Assembly (NCBI GenBank): GCA_030390025.1
Contig: CM059438.1
Location: 55,058,001-55,122,000 of the forward strand
Direction of reading: 5' to 3'
DNA length: 64,000 nucleotides
From: Squalus acanthias
Lineage: Eukaryota
Made by a program: the position numbers and the translations under genes. This document shows, piece after piece, positions 26,378 to 38,906 of this stretch; position 1 is the first letter of the stretch, and the number at the start of each line of letters is the position of its first letter. Under the pieces are notes generated by a model. The model made no database searches, had not been told where the DNA came from, and saw nothing but the letters and a program-made list of their open reading frames with translations.

Positions 26378-26684
26378 ATTAACTTGTTTCTCTCTGCAGA
26401 GGCTGGCTAGCCTTCTGTGTATTATCTGTTTCTGCTTCACATCTCCAGCATCTGCAGTTTTTTAAATTTTATTTATCTCTGTGGCTTGTCTTTTTCCCTA
26501 TTGTCTACATTCTTTCCCCCTCTTTTTGATGTTATACACTATCCTAATTTTATCTTATTTCTTTTTTATGCCGTCTATTTTCTTCATTTTATAGTTTTAC
26601 CAGCAAGTCTTTCTTTGATATATATAAGAAAATCTCACTTGTGTCCCCATGAGCCTGCTTTCCATCCTGAGCTGCCACAGATGC

Positions 26685-29600
26685 TTTAGAATCATAGAAT
26701 GATACAGCACAGAAGGAGGCCATTCAGCCCATCGTGCTCTTTGGTAGAGCTATCCAATTCGCCCCACTCCCCTGCTCTTTCCCCACAGCCCTGTAAATCT
26801 TTTCCTTCAAGTATTTATCCAATTCTCTTTTGAATATTACTATTGAATCTGCTTCCACCACCCTTTCAGGCAGTGCATTCCAGATCATGTCAAGTCGCTA
26901 CGTAAAAAAAAGTCTCCTCATGTCGCCTCTGGTTCTTTTGCCAATCACCGTAAATCTGTGTTCTCTGGTTACCGAACCTTCTGCCAGTGCAAACTGTTTC
27001 TCCTTATTTACTCTATCAAAACAATTCATGATTTTGAACATCTCTATCAAATCTCCTCTTAACCTTCTCTGCTCTAAGGAGAACAACCCCATCTTTTCTA
27101 AGTCTCTCCACATAACTGAAGTCCCTCATCCCTGCTACCATTCTAGAAAATCTCCTCTGCATCCTTGGCCTTGACATCCTTCCTAAAGTGTGGTGCCCAA
27201 GATTGAACACAATACTCTAGCTGGGGTCTAACCAGTATTTTATTTATTTAGCATTACTTCCTTGCTTTTGTACTCTATTCCTCTAATAAAAAAGCCAAGC
27301 ATCCCATATACTTTTTTAACAGCCTTCTCAACTTGTTCTGCCACCTTTGAAGATTTGTGTACAGACACTTCCAGGTCTCTCTGTTCCTGCACCCCCTTTA
27401 AAATTGTACCACTTAGTTTATGTTGCCTCTCCTCATTCTTCATACCAAAATATATCACTTTACACTTCTCTGCATTAAATTTCATCTGCTACGTGTCTGC
27501 CCATTTCACCAGTCTGTCCATGTCCTCCTGAAGTCTGTTACTATCCTCCTCATTGTTTACTACATTTCCGGGTTTCGTATCATCTGCAAACTTTGAAATT
27601 ATAGACTGCATACCCAAGTCCAGGTCATTAATACATATTAAAAAGAGCAGTGGTCCTAATACCGACCCTTGGGGCACACCACTGTATACCTCCCTCCAGT
27701 CTGAAAAACAACCGTTCACCACTACTCTCTGCTTTCTATCCTTTAGCCAATTTTGTATAAATGCTGCCACTGTCCCTTTAATCCCATGGGCTTTAATTTT
27801 GCTAACAAGTCTATTATGTGGTCTTTCTCAAACACCTTTTGAAAGTCTATAAGCACAACATAAACCGCACTACCCTCATCAACCATCTCTGTTACTTAAT
27901 CAAAGAATTCGATCAAGTTAGTCAAACACGATTTGCCTTTAACAAATCTGTGCTGACTTTCATTTATTAGCCCATACTTTTCCAAATGCCAATTAATTTT
28001 GTCCCAGATTATCATCTCTAAAAGTTTCCCCACCACAGACGTTAGGCTGACTGGCCTGTAGTTGCCAGGTTGATCCCTCTCCCCTTTTTTAAACATTTGT
28101 ATTACTCCAGTCCTCTGGCATCACCCCCATATCCAAGGATTGTGGCCAGAGCCACCACAATTTCCACCCTTACTTCCCTCTAACCTAGGATACATCCCAT
28201 CCGGACAGGGTGACTTTTCTACTTTGAGGACTGCCAACCTTCTAAGTACCTCCTCTTTATCTATTTTCATCCCATCCAATATTGCTACTGCCTCCTCCTT
28301 TACTGCTATATTGACAGCATTCTCTTCTCCAGTGAAGACAGATGCAAAGTTCTCATTTAGTACTTTAGTCATGCCCTCTGCCTCCACAAGAATATCTTTT
28401 TTTTGGTCCCTAATCGGCCCACCTTTCCTTCAACTATCCTTTTACTATTTATGTGTTTATAAAAGACTTTTGGGTTCCCTTTTATGTTAGCTGCTAATCT
28501 ATTCTCCTACTCTCTCTTTGCCTCTCATTCCCTTTATTAGATCTCCTCTGTACTTTCTATATTTAGCTTGGTTCTCTACTGTGTTATGAACCTTACAATT
28601 GTCATAAGCCTCCTTTATCTGTCTCATTTTAACCTCTATATCTTTCATCATCCAGGGAGCTCTAGCTTTGGATGCCCTTCCTTTTCCCCCTCACGGGAAT
28701 GTGTCTACTCTGTATCCAAACCATCTCCTCCTTGAAGGCCTCCCATTGTTCAATTACTGTTTTGCCCATCAATTGTTGATTCCAATCCACCTGGGCCAGA
28801 TCCCTTTTCAACTCACTGAAGTTAGCCCTCCTCCAGCTAAGTACTTTTACGCTTGATTGTACCTTTTCCATAACTATTCTAAAGCTGATGATATTATGAT
28901 CGCTGTTCCCCAAATGTTCTCCCACTGAAACATGCTCCACTTGCCCCACTTCATTCCCCAGAACTAGATCCAGCACTGCTTCCTTCCTCATTGGGCTGGA
29001 AAGACACTGATTGAGAAAGTTCTCTTGTACACATTTCAGGAATTCCTTCCCCCTCTTTGTCCTTTACTCTTTTACTATCCCAGTCTATATTAGGATAATT
29101 TGAAGTCCTCCATTATCACTACTCTGTAGTTCTTGCATCTTTCTGTAATTTGACTGCAAATTTGCGCCGCTATCTCATTCCCACTATTTGGTGGTGTATA
29201 GTAATACACCCAGCAGTGTAATAGTTCCTCTATTATTCCCTAATTCTAACCAAATATATTTTGTCTTTGACCTCTCACATACATCATGGGGGAGAAATTC
29301 AATATCGCCCCATTTGGGGCACAATTATCGGCCAGGCGCAAAGATTAGCGCCTGGCGCTAATTATCGCCTCCGACTGCAAACTTGACTTTTATCGCCCCT
29401 GGAGGTGATTGGAGCGCTAAATCAGGCACTACACATCTGTCTTAAGACGCAAAGGCCGAGGAGCGAGGCGCTAACTCAGAGCGCTGGCGAAGCTCATGTG
29501 ATGTCAGTCAGCAATGGAACACACACACAATGGCGCCGGCCAGTTCTTAAAGGGGAGGGTTGATCTTGCTTTCCATCCACATCCTGCTCATTGCAGCCTT

Positions 29601-30735
29601 GAATCTCGGCCTGGAGAGACCTGTACATCAAATCTGCTGGAAAGAACAATGGAGAGTACCAGGGAAAGAGCTCAGAGTGCAGCTCCCACAGTCTCTTCTA
29701 AATCGATACAAGGAAGGGCAAATCAAAATGAACCTGCAAAGTGCTGCTCAGTACCCAAAACTCCTTCACACAGCGTTGAATCTCTCCAGAAGTCTCTCTC
29801 TCTCTCTCAGAATGCATGGTTCAAAAATGTCACCAACAAAAAAAGGCAGGAAGCGGTCGCCTCTAAATAGCGCTCCCCCAGTCCCTTCCTGACTGCAAAA
29901 CGCTCCCCTCAACCTGTCGTTGCTAGCGGCAGGCGGTAAGGCACGGGACGCCACTCAATATCTGCTCCGGGGCGTTGCGCACTCGACTGACGTCACGATC
30001 TGCTGGCGCAGGAGATCATGGCGGTAGTGTTTAGCGCCGCCGCAAAATGTCTAGTTAATTGCGTGAGCGGCGCAAACATCGCCGCGCCCGGGCGCTAGTT
30101 GCTTTACGCCCCATTAGCGCCCTCTTAAGGCGCTAGTGGGAGGCGCAACCAACTGAATTTTCCCCCCCCATATCTCTCCAGTGCTATATTAGTTTATTTG
30201 ATCAATACTGCCACCCCCCTCCATTTTTTCCTTCCTTATCTTTCCTGAATACCTTATAGCCAGGAATATTAAGTTCCCAATCCTCCCCTTCTTTGTTATT
30301 GTCACTATATCATAGTTCCATATGGTGACAACATTATTTACCACATTACGTGCATTTACGCACGTGCACTCCAAACCCATCTTAGACTGTCTCAAGTTTG
30401 CTCCTGTCTGATCGTTCCTATTTCTGAATTACTCTTTATTCTAATGCTGTTTGTCTCTCCCAGTCTTGTGTGCACTTTGTTTCTCCCCAATGTTTCATCC
30501 TGGTGTCCACCCCCCTGCCTAATTAGTTTAAATCCTCCCCACAGCCCTAGTTAACCTTCCCACGAGGACATTGGTCCCAGCTCTTTTGAGGTTCAACACA
30601 TCCACCTTGTACAGGTCCCTCCTGCCCCAGAACTACTCCCAATGCTGCAGGAATCTGAAGCACTCACTCCTGCACCATTTCTCTGGCCATGTGTTAACCT
30701 GTCTTATCTTACTATTCCTATTCTCACTAGCGTGA
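26685..30735 (-). mobile_element. Decayed CR1 LINE from the ORF1 end to the 3' tail, interrupted by a MITE
   Basis: Fragmented APE and RT peptides; 3' tail repeat at about 26688. Confidence 0.87.
29288..30168 (-). mobile_element. Harbinger-type MITE (family I)
   Basis: TIRs, CAT TSD, reverse complement of 12684-13587. Confidence 0.88.
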
Positions 30736-31055
30736 GACACTCCTCCAGCCCTATAACCTTGTATTTCGCCGCGCTCCTCCAATTCTGGCCTCTTGAGAAG
30801 CCCTGATTTTCATCGCTCCACCATTGGCGGCAGTGTCTTCAGCTGCTTAGGCCCTAAGCTCTGGCATTCCCTCCCTAAACCTCTTTACCTCTCTCCTCTT
30901 TTCAGACACTCCTTAAAACCGATCTCTTTGACCAGGCTTTTGGTCACCTTTCCTAATATCTCCTTATGTGGCTCAGTGTCGAATTTTCCTGTGAAGCACC
31001 TTGGGACATTTTGCTACGTTGAAGGCACTATATAAATGCAAGTTGTTGTTGTTGA
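30736..31055 (+). mobile_element. L2-like LINE 3' fragment
   Basis: GGSVFSCLGPKLWHSLP remnant; tail GCACTATATAAATGCAAG(TTG)n. Confidence 0.65.
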
Positions 31056-31071
31056 GTGCTATTCATTTACC

Positions 31072-32668
31072 TTTTTTTAAATTCATTTATGGGATGTGGG
31101 CGTCGCTGGCAAGGCCAGCATTTATTGCCCATCCCTAATTGCCCTTGAGAAGGTGGTGGTGAGCCGCCTTCTTGAACCGCTGCAGTCCGTGTGGTGATGG
31201 TGCTCCCACAGTGTTGTTAGGTAGGGAGTTTCAGGATTTTGACCCAGTGACGATGAAGGATCAGCGATATACTTCTAAGTCAGGATGGTGTGTGACTTGG
31301 AGGGGAACTTGGAAGTGGTGGTGTTCCCATGTGCCTGCTGCCCTTGTCCTTCTAGGTGGAAGAGGTCGTGGGTTTGGGAGGTGCTGCCGAAAAAGCCTTG
31401 GCGAGTTGCTGCAGTGCATCTTGTAGATGGTACACACTGCAGCCACGGTATGCCGGTGGTGGAGGGAGTGAATGTTTAAGGTGGTGGATGGGGTGCCAAT
31501 CAAGCGGGCTGCTTTGTCCTGGATGGTGTCGAGCTTCTTGAGTGTTGTTGGAGCTACACTCATCCAGGCAAGTGGAGAGTGTTCCATCACACTCCTGACT
31601 TGTGTTTTGTAGATGGTGGAAAGGCTTTGGGGAGTCAGGAGGTGAGACACTCGCCGCAGAATACCCAGCCTCTGACCTGCTCTTGTTGCCACAGTATTTA
31701 TGTGGCTGGTCCAGTTAAGTTTCTGGTCAATGGTGACCCCCCAGGATGTTGATGGTGGGGGATTCGGCGATGGTAATGCCGTTAAATGTCAAGGGCAGAT
31801 GGTTAGACTCTCGCTTGTTGGAGATAGTCATTGCCTGGCACTTCTGTGGTGCGAATGTTACCTGCCACTTATCAGCCCAAGTCTGAACGTCGTCCAGGTC
31901 TTGTTGCATGCGGGCATGGACTGCTTCGTTATCTGAGGAGTTGTGAATGGCGCAGAACACTGTGCAGTCATCAGCGAACATCCCCATTTCTGACCTTATG
32001 TTGGAGGGAAGGTCATTGATGAAGCAGCTGAAGATGGTTGGGCCTAGGACACTGCCCTGAGGAACTCCTGCAGCGATGTCCTGGGGCTGTGATGATTGAC
32101 CTTCAACCGCCACAACCATCTTCCTTTATGCTAGGTATGACTCCAGCCAGCGGAGCATTTCCCCCCCGATTCCCATTGACTTCAGTTTTACTAGGGCTCC
32201 TTGATGCCACACTTGGTCAAATACTGCCTTGATGTCAAGGGCAGTCACTCTCACCTCACCTCTGGCATTCAGCTCATTTGTCCATGTTTGGACCAAGGCT
32301 GTAATGAGGTCGGGAACCGAGTGGTATTGGGGGAACCCAAACTGGGCATCAGTGAGCAGGTTATTGGTGAGTAAGTGCTGCTTGATAGCACTGTTGATGA
32401 CACCTTCCATCACTTTGCTAATGATTGAGAGTAGACTGATGGGGCGGTAATTGGGCAGGTTGGATTTGTCCTGCTTTTTGTGGACAGGATATAACTGGGC
32501 AGTTTTCCACATTGTCGGATAGATGCCAGTGTTGTAGCTGTACTGGAACAGCTTGGGTAGAGGCGCGGCTAGTTCTGGAGCACAAGTCTGCAGCACAATA
32601 GCCGGGATGTTGTCGGGGCCCAAAGCCTTTGCTGTATTCAGTGCGCTCAGCCATTTCTTGATATCACG
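31072..32668 (-). mobile_element. 5'-truncated copy of the second APE-RT LINE family
   Basis: Reverse complement of about 10870-12468; T-run marks the poly(A) tail. Confidence 0.92.
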
Positions 32669-33144
32669 TTATGTTAAATAAAATTGTCTGTCCATTTATA
32701 GCCTGAGCCTTGGTCTGAAAGGGTGTATATTCGTTCACCTACCAAAATTAAGATCACATGGTGGCATGTGATATAGTCCAGTAAACTGGAGCACAGTGGC
32801 AAATGCTCTCTGTTCAACTCCATGGTCTCAGTACATTTACCTAGACATTGGCCAAGTAAAGGTACATTGTAGTTTGTGGGGTGGGGGGTGCGGGTGGAGG
32901 GTGTATGAGGTCTGCTTGGCAGAGTAGCTGATGACACTGAACCCAAGGAAAAGAAGTATCTAGCAGACACACTTCTGTAGTGTCAAAGCACAGACAAAAG
33001 GAACGTTCAAACAAGATTTGACATAATTGGATTTGGATCCCGGAGAGTTGTTTGTGTTGTCTCCCTTCATGACTCAGAAACCAATTAATCCTAGTTAAAA
33101 ATGCAGTTAGCAGAAAGCAGTTCAAATTGGTCTTAATACATGAT

Positions 33145-34636
33145 GGCCCGTAATTTCCGATAGGAGGCTTCCTGCGTGCCTCCTATCGGAATAAAATCTA
33201 CGCTCTTACCTGAGGGCTCCTGAGGTCCGGACACTTTCGATCCTGGGCCTGTCCACAGTCAAAATGCGCAGGGCCCACGTATCCCAGGGGCGCATGCAGT
33301 TCGCAAGCGTCCCTGGGATTACGTGGGCCAAGCGAACCAATAGAAGGGAATCTCCCTTCATACTTTTGACAGATAGACCTGTCAAAAGTATGAATGGGGA
33401 TCACTGAAAAAAGACACTAAAACATTAAATAAATTTTAAAAAACCATCACGTTTTTAAAATGAGTTAAAATTACATTAAACAAATTTAATTTTTTGAAAA
33501 AAATAATTAAAGTTTTTTACGGGGCTAAAAATAAACTTACCTTTTTTAACAGTATTTTTAAATTATAAGGGCTAAAAATTGAGTCGCGCCCCATTTGGGG
33601 CGCTAACCTTGCCGGGGCGCTACTTTTAGCGCCCCGAAAAAATTAGCGGCCCCGCGCCGGAACTTCAGTGGTTGCGCCCCAAGAGGGAAGCGGGGCGCCA
33701 CTGGAAGCACCCCGCATCCCTCTTGGGGCGCTGCGAGGGAATATCCTGGCGCTACGTGCCGCAGCGCCGTCGCACCGCGGTATTGCAGGCCTTCCTCCCC
33801 TTCTTAAAGGGGAGGGACCCTGCGCAGCGCGAACCGGGGCCCAGCTGGGCCCCCAGGGATCGGGAGTGCCGGCAAAAGAGCCCGGCACTCAAGAGAAGTG
33901 CCGGGCTCTTGGAGCGCAGCCGGCACTTCACGGTGGGGGGGCTTCACGGGGGCCGGGGACAGCAACGGGGGCAGGTGCTGGCAGGCGGCCAGCAACAAAA
34001 ATGGCCGCTTGCCACCTCCCCTTTAAATATCGCCGCCCCGGCCGCACGTACGCCTCCCTGAACCCGTCGGACATAGCGTCTGGCGGTAAATCAGGGGGCG
34101 CGACTGAAGATCGCGGCTGGAGCGCGAGCGGGGTGCTGCGCACGGCGATGACGTCATCGCCGGCGGCGCAGCGCCACAGGGCGCTACCGGCTGGCGCCGC
34201 CGCTAACCTCCCGCTGAATTTTGCGGGAGGCGTGGGCGGCGCTGCGCCCGGGCGTTAGCTGCTTTACGCCCCATTAGCGCCCTCTTAAGGCGCTAACGGG
34301 AGGCGCAAGCAGCTGAATTTTTCCCCCTAAATTAGTTAAAAAACTTATTTTTTCTTTTTTAAACTCTTATGCTGGTAAAAGCAGGCCTGACGCCTTTTAC
34401 CAGGCGTAAGATTTCTAAGGGTTTTCAGCGAGCGGAGGTTCTGCAGAAAGCGGAACTCTCCACCCACAGAGGCCCTTCTCCAGGGCAGGCGTCTGATCTG
34501 TCAAGAGGATTCTTGACAGATCGGAAATGCTGGTTTTCAGCGCATGCGCTTCGCTTGCCTGAAACCGGCATTTCTGATGTCCCTACAGATGTGTACACAG
34601 CTCGTACACACCCATAGGCATCGGAAAATACGGGCC
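33145..34636. mobile_element. Harbinger-type MITE (family II) containing a nested family III MITE
   Basis: 17-bp TIR GGCCCGTA(A/T)TTTCCGAT; flanks GAT/AAT. Confidence 0.85.
33569..34327 (-). mobile_element. GC-rich Harbinger-type MITE (family III)
   Basis: TAA TSD, imperfect TIR; one end shared with family I. Confidence 0.87.
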
Positions 34637-34860
34637 AATACTCCAAAACAGTGGTGTGTGTTCACTGCCAGTAAGATATAAAGGTAAGAAGACAATAGAG
34701 AATTTAACAGAAAGGCAGCCATGGATTTTCAGTTTAAATCCCTGGAGTTCTGGCCTCACTACAGACATATCCCCATTTCCATCACAGGTACAACATGGTG
34801 GGTAACCCACCAATTTTTCAGTGAGGAATATAATGATATGGGGCTAATTGTCAAACATGG

Positions 34861-35263
34861 GCACATTAACCTATACACAGCACATGAACCTGTACACTGC
34901 ACATGAACCTGTACACAGCACATGAACCTGTACACTGCACATTAACCTGTACACTGCATATTAACCTGTACACAGCACATGAACCTGTACACTGCATATT
35001 AACCTGTACACAGCACATGAGCCTGTACACTGCATATTAACCTGTACACAGCACATGAACCTGTACACTGCATATTAACCTGTACACAGCACATGAACCT
35101 GTACACTGCACATGAACCTGTACACAGCACATGAACCTGTACACAGCACATGAACCTGTACACAGCACATGAACCTGTACACTGCACATTAACCTGTACA
35201 CTGCACATTAACCTGTACACTGCACATTAACCTATACACAGCACATTAACCTGTACACAGCAT
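34861..35263 (+). repeat. 19-bp minisatellite (G/T)AACCTGTACAC(A/T)GCACAT
   Basis: About 21 visible tandem copies. Confidence 0.95.
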
Positions 35264-35814
35264 AGTTATTGGCTCATGAACATTCATTCTGCTGATGGAA
35301 TGCAGCAACGACAACATGCTGAAGGACTTTGGAGAGGAAATTGAGATTGGAGATAGGCGGTAGTTTGCATGGTCCGAAGGGTTGAGAATTTTTTTTGTGT
35401 TGGGAATGATGACGGCTGTTTTGAAAGGTAGGGGGACAATACCTGAGGGGAAAAGCATTTACAATATCAGCTATGCGGATCCTAAGACACCAAAATGATG
35501 AGCGGAAGCGTGGCGCCCGCCATATTGGTAAGGGCAAAAAGAGGCATCCTTTACCCATGCCTGAAGCAGACCTTTGAATGTGCAAATAAGGGGCCTAGCA
35601 CCTGTTTCAGGTCTCTGCTGTAACTTTGATTTGCCCTGAGGCAGCCAGTGCCATCGCTGAGAAACCAACTCTAAACACCATGTAAGTGAAAAAAGATAAG
35701 TACTTACCATAATCACCACCGCTCCCAGTACCGTAATCCATGACCTCTACCATTCAGGCCCTGACCCCAACCTCCGATCTCCCTCCTGGCCCTGTCTCCA
35801 TCCTGACAGCACTC

Positions 35815-37918
35815 CAAGGCCCACCTGATCCCCGAACCCCGATCACACAGTCCGAGACCCACCCAATCCCCCCGATCACAGAGTCCGAGGCCCACTCGAT
35901 TCCCCCGATCAGAGTCCGAGGCCCACTCGATCCCCCCGATCCCAGAGTCTGAGGCCCACTCGATCCCCCCCGATCCCAGAGTCTGAGGCCCACTTGATCC
36001 CCCCGATCAGAGTCTGAGGCCCACTCGATCCCCCCCGATCCCAGAGTCCGAGACCCACTCGATCCCCCCGATCACAGAGTCCGAGGCCCACTCGATCCCC
36101 CCGATCAGAATCTGAGGCCCACTCAATCCCCCCCGATCCCAGAGTCCGAGGCCCACTCGATCCCCCTGATCACAGAGTCCGAGGCCCACTCGATCCCCCC
36201 AATCAGAATCTGAGGCCCACTCGATCCCCCCCCCGATCCCAGAGTCCGAGGCCCACTCGATCCCCCCGATCCCAGAGTCCGAGGCCCACTCGATCCCCCC
36301 CGATCCCAGAGTCCGAGGCCCACTCAATCCCCCCGATCACAGAGTCCGAGGCCCACTCAATCCCTCCGATCAGAGTCCGAGGCCCACCCGATCACAGAGT
36401 CCGAGGCCCACTCGATCCCCCCCGATCACAGAGTCCGAGGCCCACTCAATCCCCCCAATCACTGAGTCCGAGGCCCACTCGATCCCCCCCGATCACTGAG
36501 TCCGAGGCCCACTCGATCCCCCCTGATCCCAGAGTCCGAGGCCCACTCGATCCCCCCGATCCCAGAGTTCGAGGCCCACTCGATCCCCCTGATCACAGAG
36601 TCCGAGGCCCACTCGATCCCCCCGATCACAGAGTCCGAGGCCCACCCGATCCCCCCCGATCACAGAGTCCGAGGCCCACTCAATCCCCCCGATCACAGAG
36701 TCCGAGGCCCACTCAATCCCTCCGATCAGAGTCCGAGGCCCACCCGATCACAGAGTCCGAGGCCCACTCGATCCCCCCCGATCACAGAGTCCGAGGCCCA
36801 CTCAATCCCCCCAATCACTGAGTCCGAGGCCCACTCGATCCCCCCCGATCCCAGAGTCCGAGGCCCACTCGATCCCCCCGATCCCAGAGTCCGAGGCCCA
36901 CTCGATCCCCCCCGATCCCAGAGTCCGAGGCCCACTCAATCCCCCCGATCACAGAGTCCGAGGCCCACTCAATCCCTCCGATCAGAGTCCAAGGCCCACC
37001 CGATCCCCCCCGATCACAGAGTCCGAGGCCCACTCGATCCCCCCCGATCACAGAGTCCGAGGCCCACTCAATCCCCCCAATCACTGAGTCCGAGGCCCAC
37101 TCGATCCCCCCGATCACTGAGTCCGAGGCCCACCCGATCCCCCCTGATCCCAGAGTCCGAGGCCCACTCGATCCCCCCGATCCCAGAGTTCGAGGCCCAC
37201 TCGATCCCCCTGATCACAGAGTCCGAGGCCCACTCGATCCCCCCGATCACAGAGTCCGAGGCCCACCCGATCCCCCCCGATCACAGAGTCCGAGGCCCAC
37301 TCGATCCCCCCCGATCACAGAGTCCGAGGCCCACTCGATCCCTCTGATCAGAGTCCGAGGCCCACCCGATCCCCCGATCACAGAGTCCGAGGCCCACTCG
37401 ATCCCCCCGATCACAGAGTCCGAGGCCCACTTGATCCCCCCCGATCACAGAGTCCGAGGCCCACTCGATCCCTCTGATCAGAGTCCGAGGCCCACCCGAT
37501 CCCCCGATCACAGAGTCCGAGGCCCACTCGATCCCCCCGATCACAGAGTCCGAGGCCCACTCGATCCCTCTGATCAGAGTCCGAGGCCCACCCGATCCCC
37601 CGATCACAGAGTCCGAGGCCCACTCGATCCCCCCCGATCACAGAGTCCGAGGCCCACTCGATCCCTCTGATCAGAGTCCGAGGCCCACCCGATCCCCCGA
37701 TCACAGAGTCCGAGGCCCACTCGATCCCCCCGATCACAGAGTCCGAGGCCCACTTGATCCCCCCCGATCACAGAGTCTGAGGCCCACTCGATCCCTCAGA
37801 TCAGAGTCCGAGGCCCACCCGATCCCCCGATCATAGAGTCCGAGGCGCACTCGATCCCCCGATCAGAGTCCGAGGCCCACTCGATCCCCCCGATCAGAGA
37901 GTCCGAGGCCCACCCGAT
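35815..37918 (+). repeat. 31-35 bp minisatellite CCCCCCGATCACAGAGTCCGAGGCCCACTCGAT
   Basis: About 60 visible tandem copies. Confidence 0.97.
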
Positions 37919-38252
37919 TGCCCTCGACCTGACCTGACCACCTACCTGTAAACTTGGTGTGGCCTCCTACCGCAACACCATCTACATGAGGTTCGAGGTC
38001 CAAAATCACCATTTGAGCGGAAGGTGCTAACACCCTGCCGGGGGCCCCCAAAATTTAAACTCCTAAAGGTTTTATGTGGACAAGGACAGTAAAGGTGAAG
38101 AGGAAGTGGTTGATCAGATCGACAGCTGCAGAAGTATTATTGTGAATAGAGGCCATCATGACCAATGGCAAGGCAGTTGGGAATGCAAGGTTAAAGTGCT
38201 GGGAAAAGTCCCAAACTATAACAGCACCAGAAAGAAGTCAACAAAATCATAC

Positions 38253-38352
38253 CTACAATCATTCCAATTTCACAGTTAGGGTTCTCGTATGCACAAGTTA
38301 TCATAGTTCCCACTGCGTCATTCAGAAGTGCCACAATCTCCAAATCCAACTC
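38253..38352 (-). CDS. HKDC1: Hexokinase exon (exon-14 equivalent, 100 bp): [33 protein letters not shown]
   Basis: tag/gtatga boundaries; contains the catalytic ND motif; not in the ORF track, read by hand. Confidence 0.92.
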
Positions 38353-38438
38353 CTAGAAGCAGCACAATAGAACATATTAAAAGCACTAGTAATCAAAGTG
38401 TTTCCAGCACACTAATACTGGTTTTCAGTAATACTCAC

Positions 38439-38534
38439 TCCATGTCTTCTAATGGCATCTTTCAATAGAGTAACAACGTCCTCTCCTTCCACACCAGTGG
38501 CCTTGAAGCCTTTGGTCCAGGTAACGAGAGTGCC
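38439..38534 (-). CDS. HKDC1: Hexokinase exon (exon-13 equivalent, 96 bp): [32 protein letters not shown]
   Basis: ttttag/gtgagt boundaries; WTKGF sugar-binding motif; read by hand. Confidence 0.93.
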
Positions 38535-38707
38535 CTAAAATCACAATACATCCATTTAGCACAACACCTGTGGACAAATAGGGTTAAAATATACTGGTCT
38601 GGATGAGATACGAATAATGTTGTACCACTTTTGGACTGTAGAGATACGGTATCCTAGTGTTATGTCCTGAACTAGCAACATAGGAATATAAGAACATAAG
38701 AAATAGG

Positions 38708-38906
38708 TGAGAAGTCGCACAACACCAGGTTATAGTCCAACAGTTTTATTTGAAATCACAAGCTTTCGGAGCTGCTGCCCCTTCGTCAGGTGAAGTGAAG
38801 GAATACGAATCGGCAAAGCATATATAGACAGAGAACAATGCCTGTGCAGCGTACAATCTCAGACGACTACAGTTAATCTATCTGACTGCCTTTCATCACA
38901 CCTCAC
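38708..38906 (-). mobile_element. Penelope-type retroelement terminal fragment
   Basis: Flanked by 13-bp direct repeat CATAAGAAATAGG (38695-38707, 38907-38919); carries a minimal hammerhead followed by AATAAA. Confidence 0.72.
38756..38793 (-). ncRNA. Minimal type I hammerhead ribozyme motif
   Basis: TCAC-CTGACGA-A-GGGGC-AGCA-GCTCC-GAA-AGCT-T-GTGA: conserved core boxes, helix I, helix II and a palindromic AGCT in place of helix III. Confidence 0.78.

Noticed and set aside
33643..34258. GC-rich ORFs or a CpG-island promoter
   Set aside because: Entirely inside a TSD-flanked multi-copy MITE; stop-poor because of composition
35713..38051. Repetitive ORFs (GGIEWASDS..., also 34999 and 48596-49096)
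   Set aside because: Translations of minisatellite units with no splice or domain support
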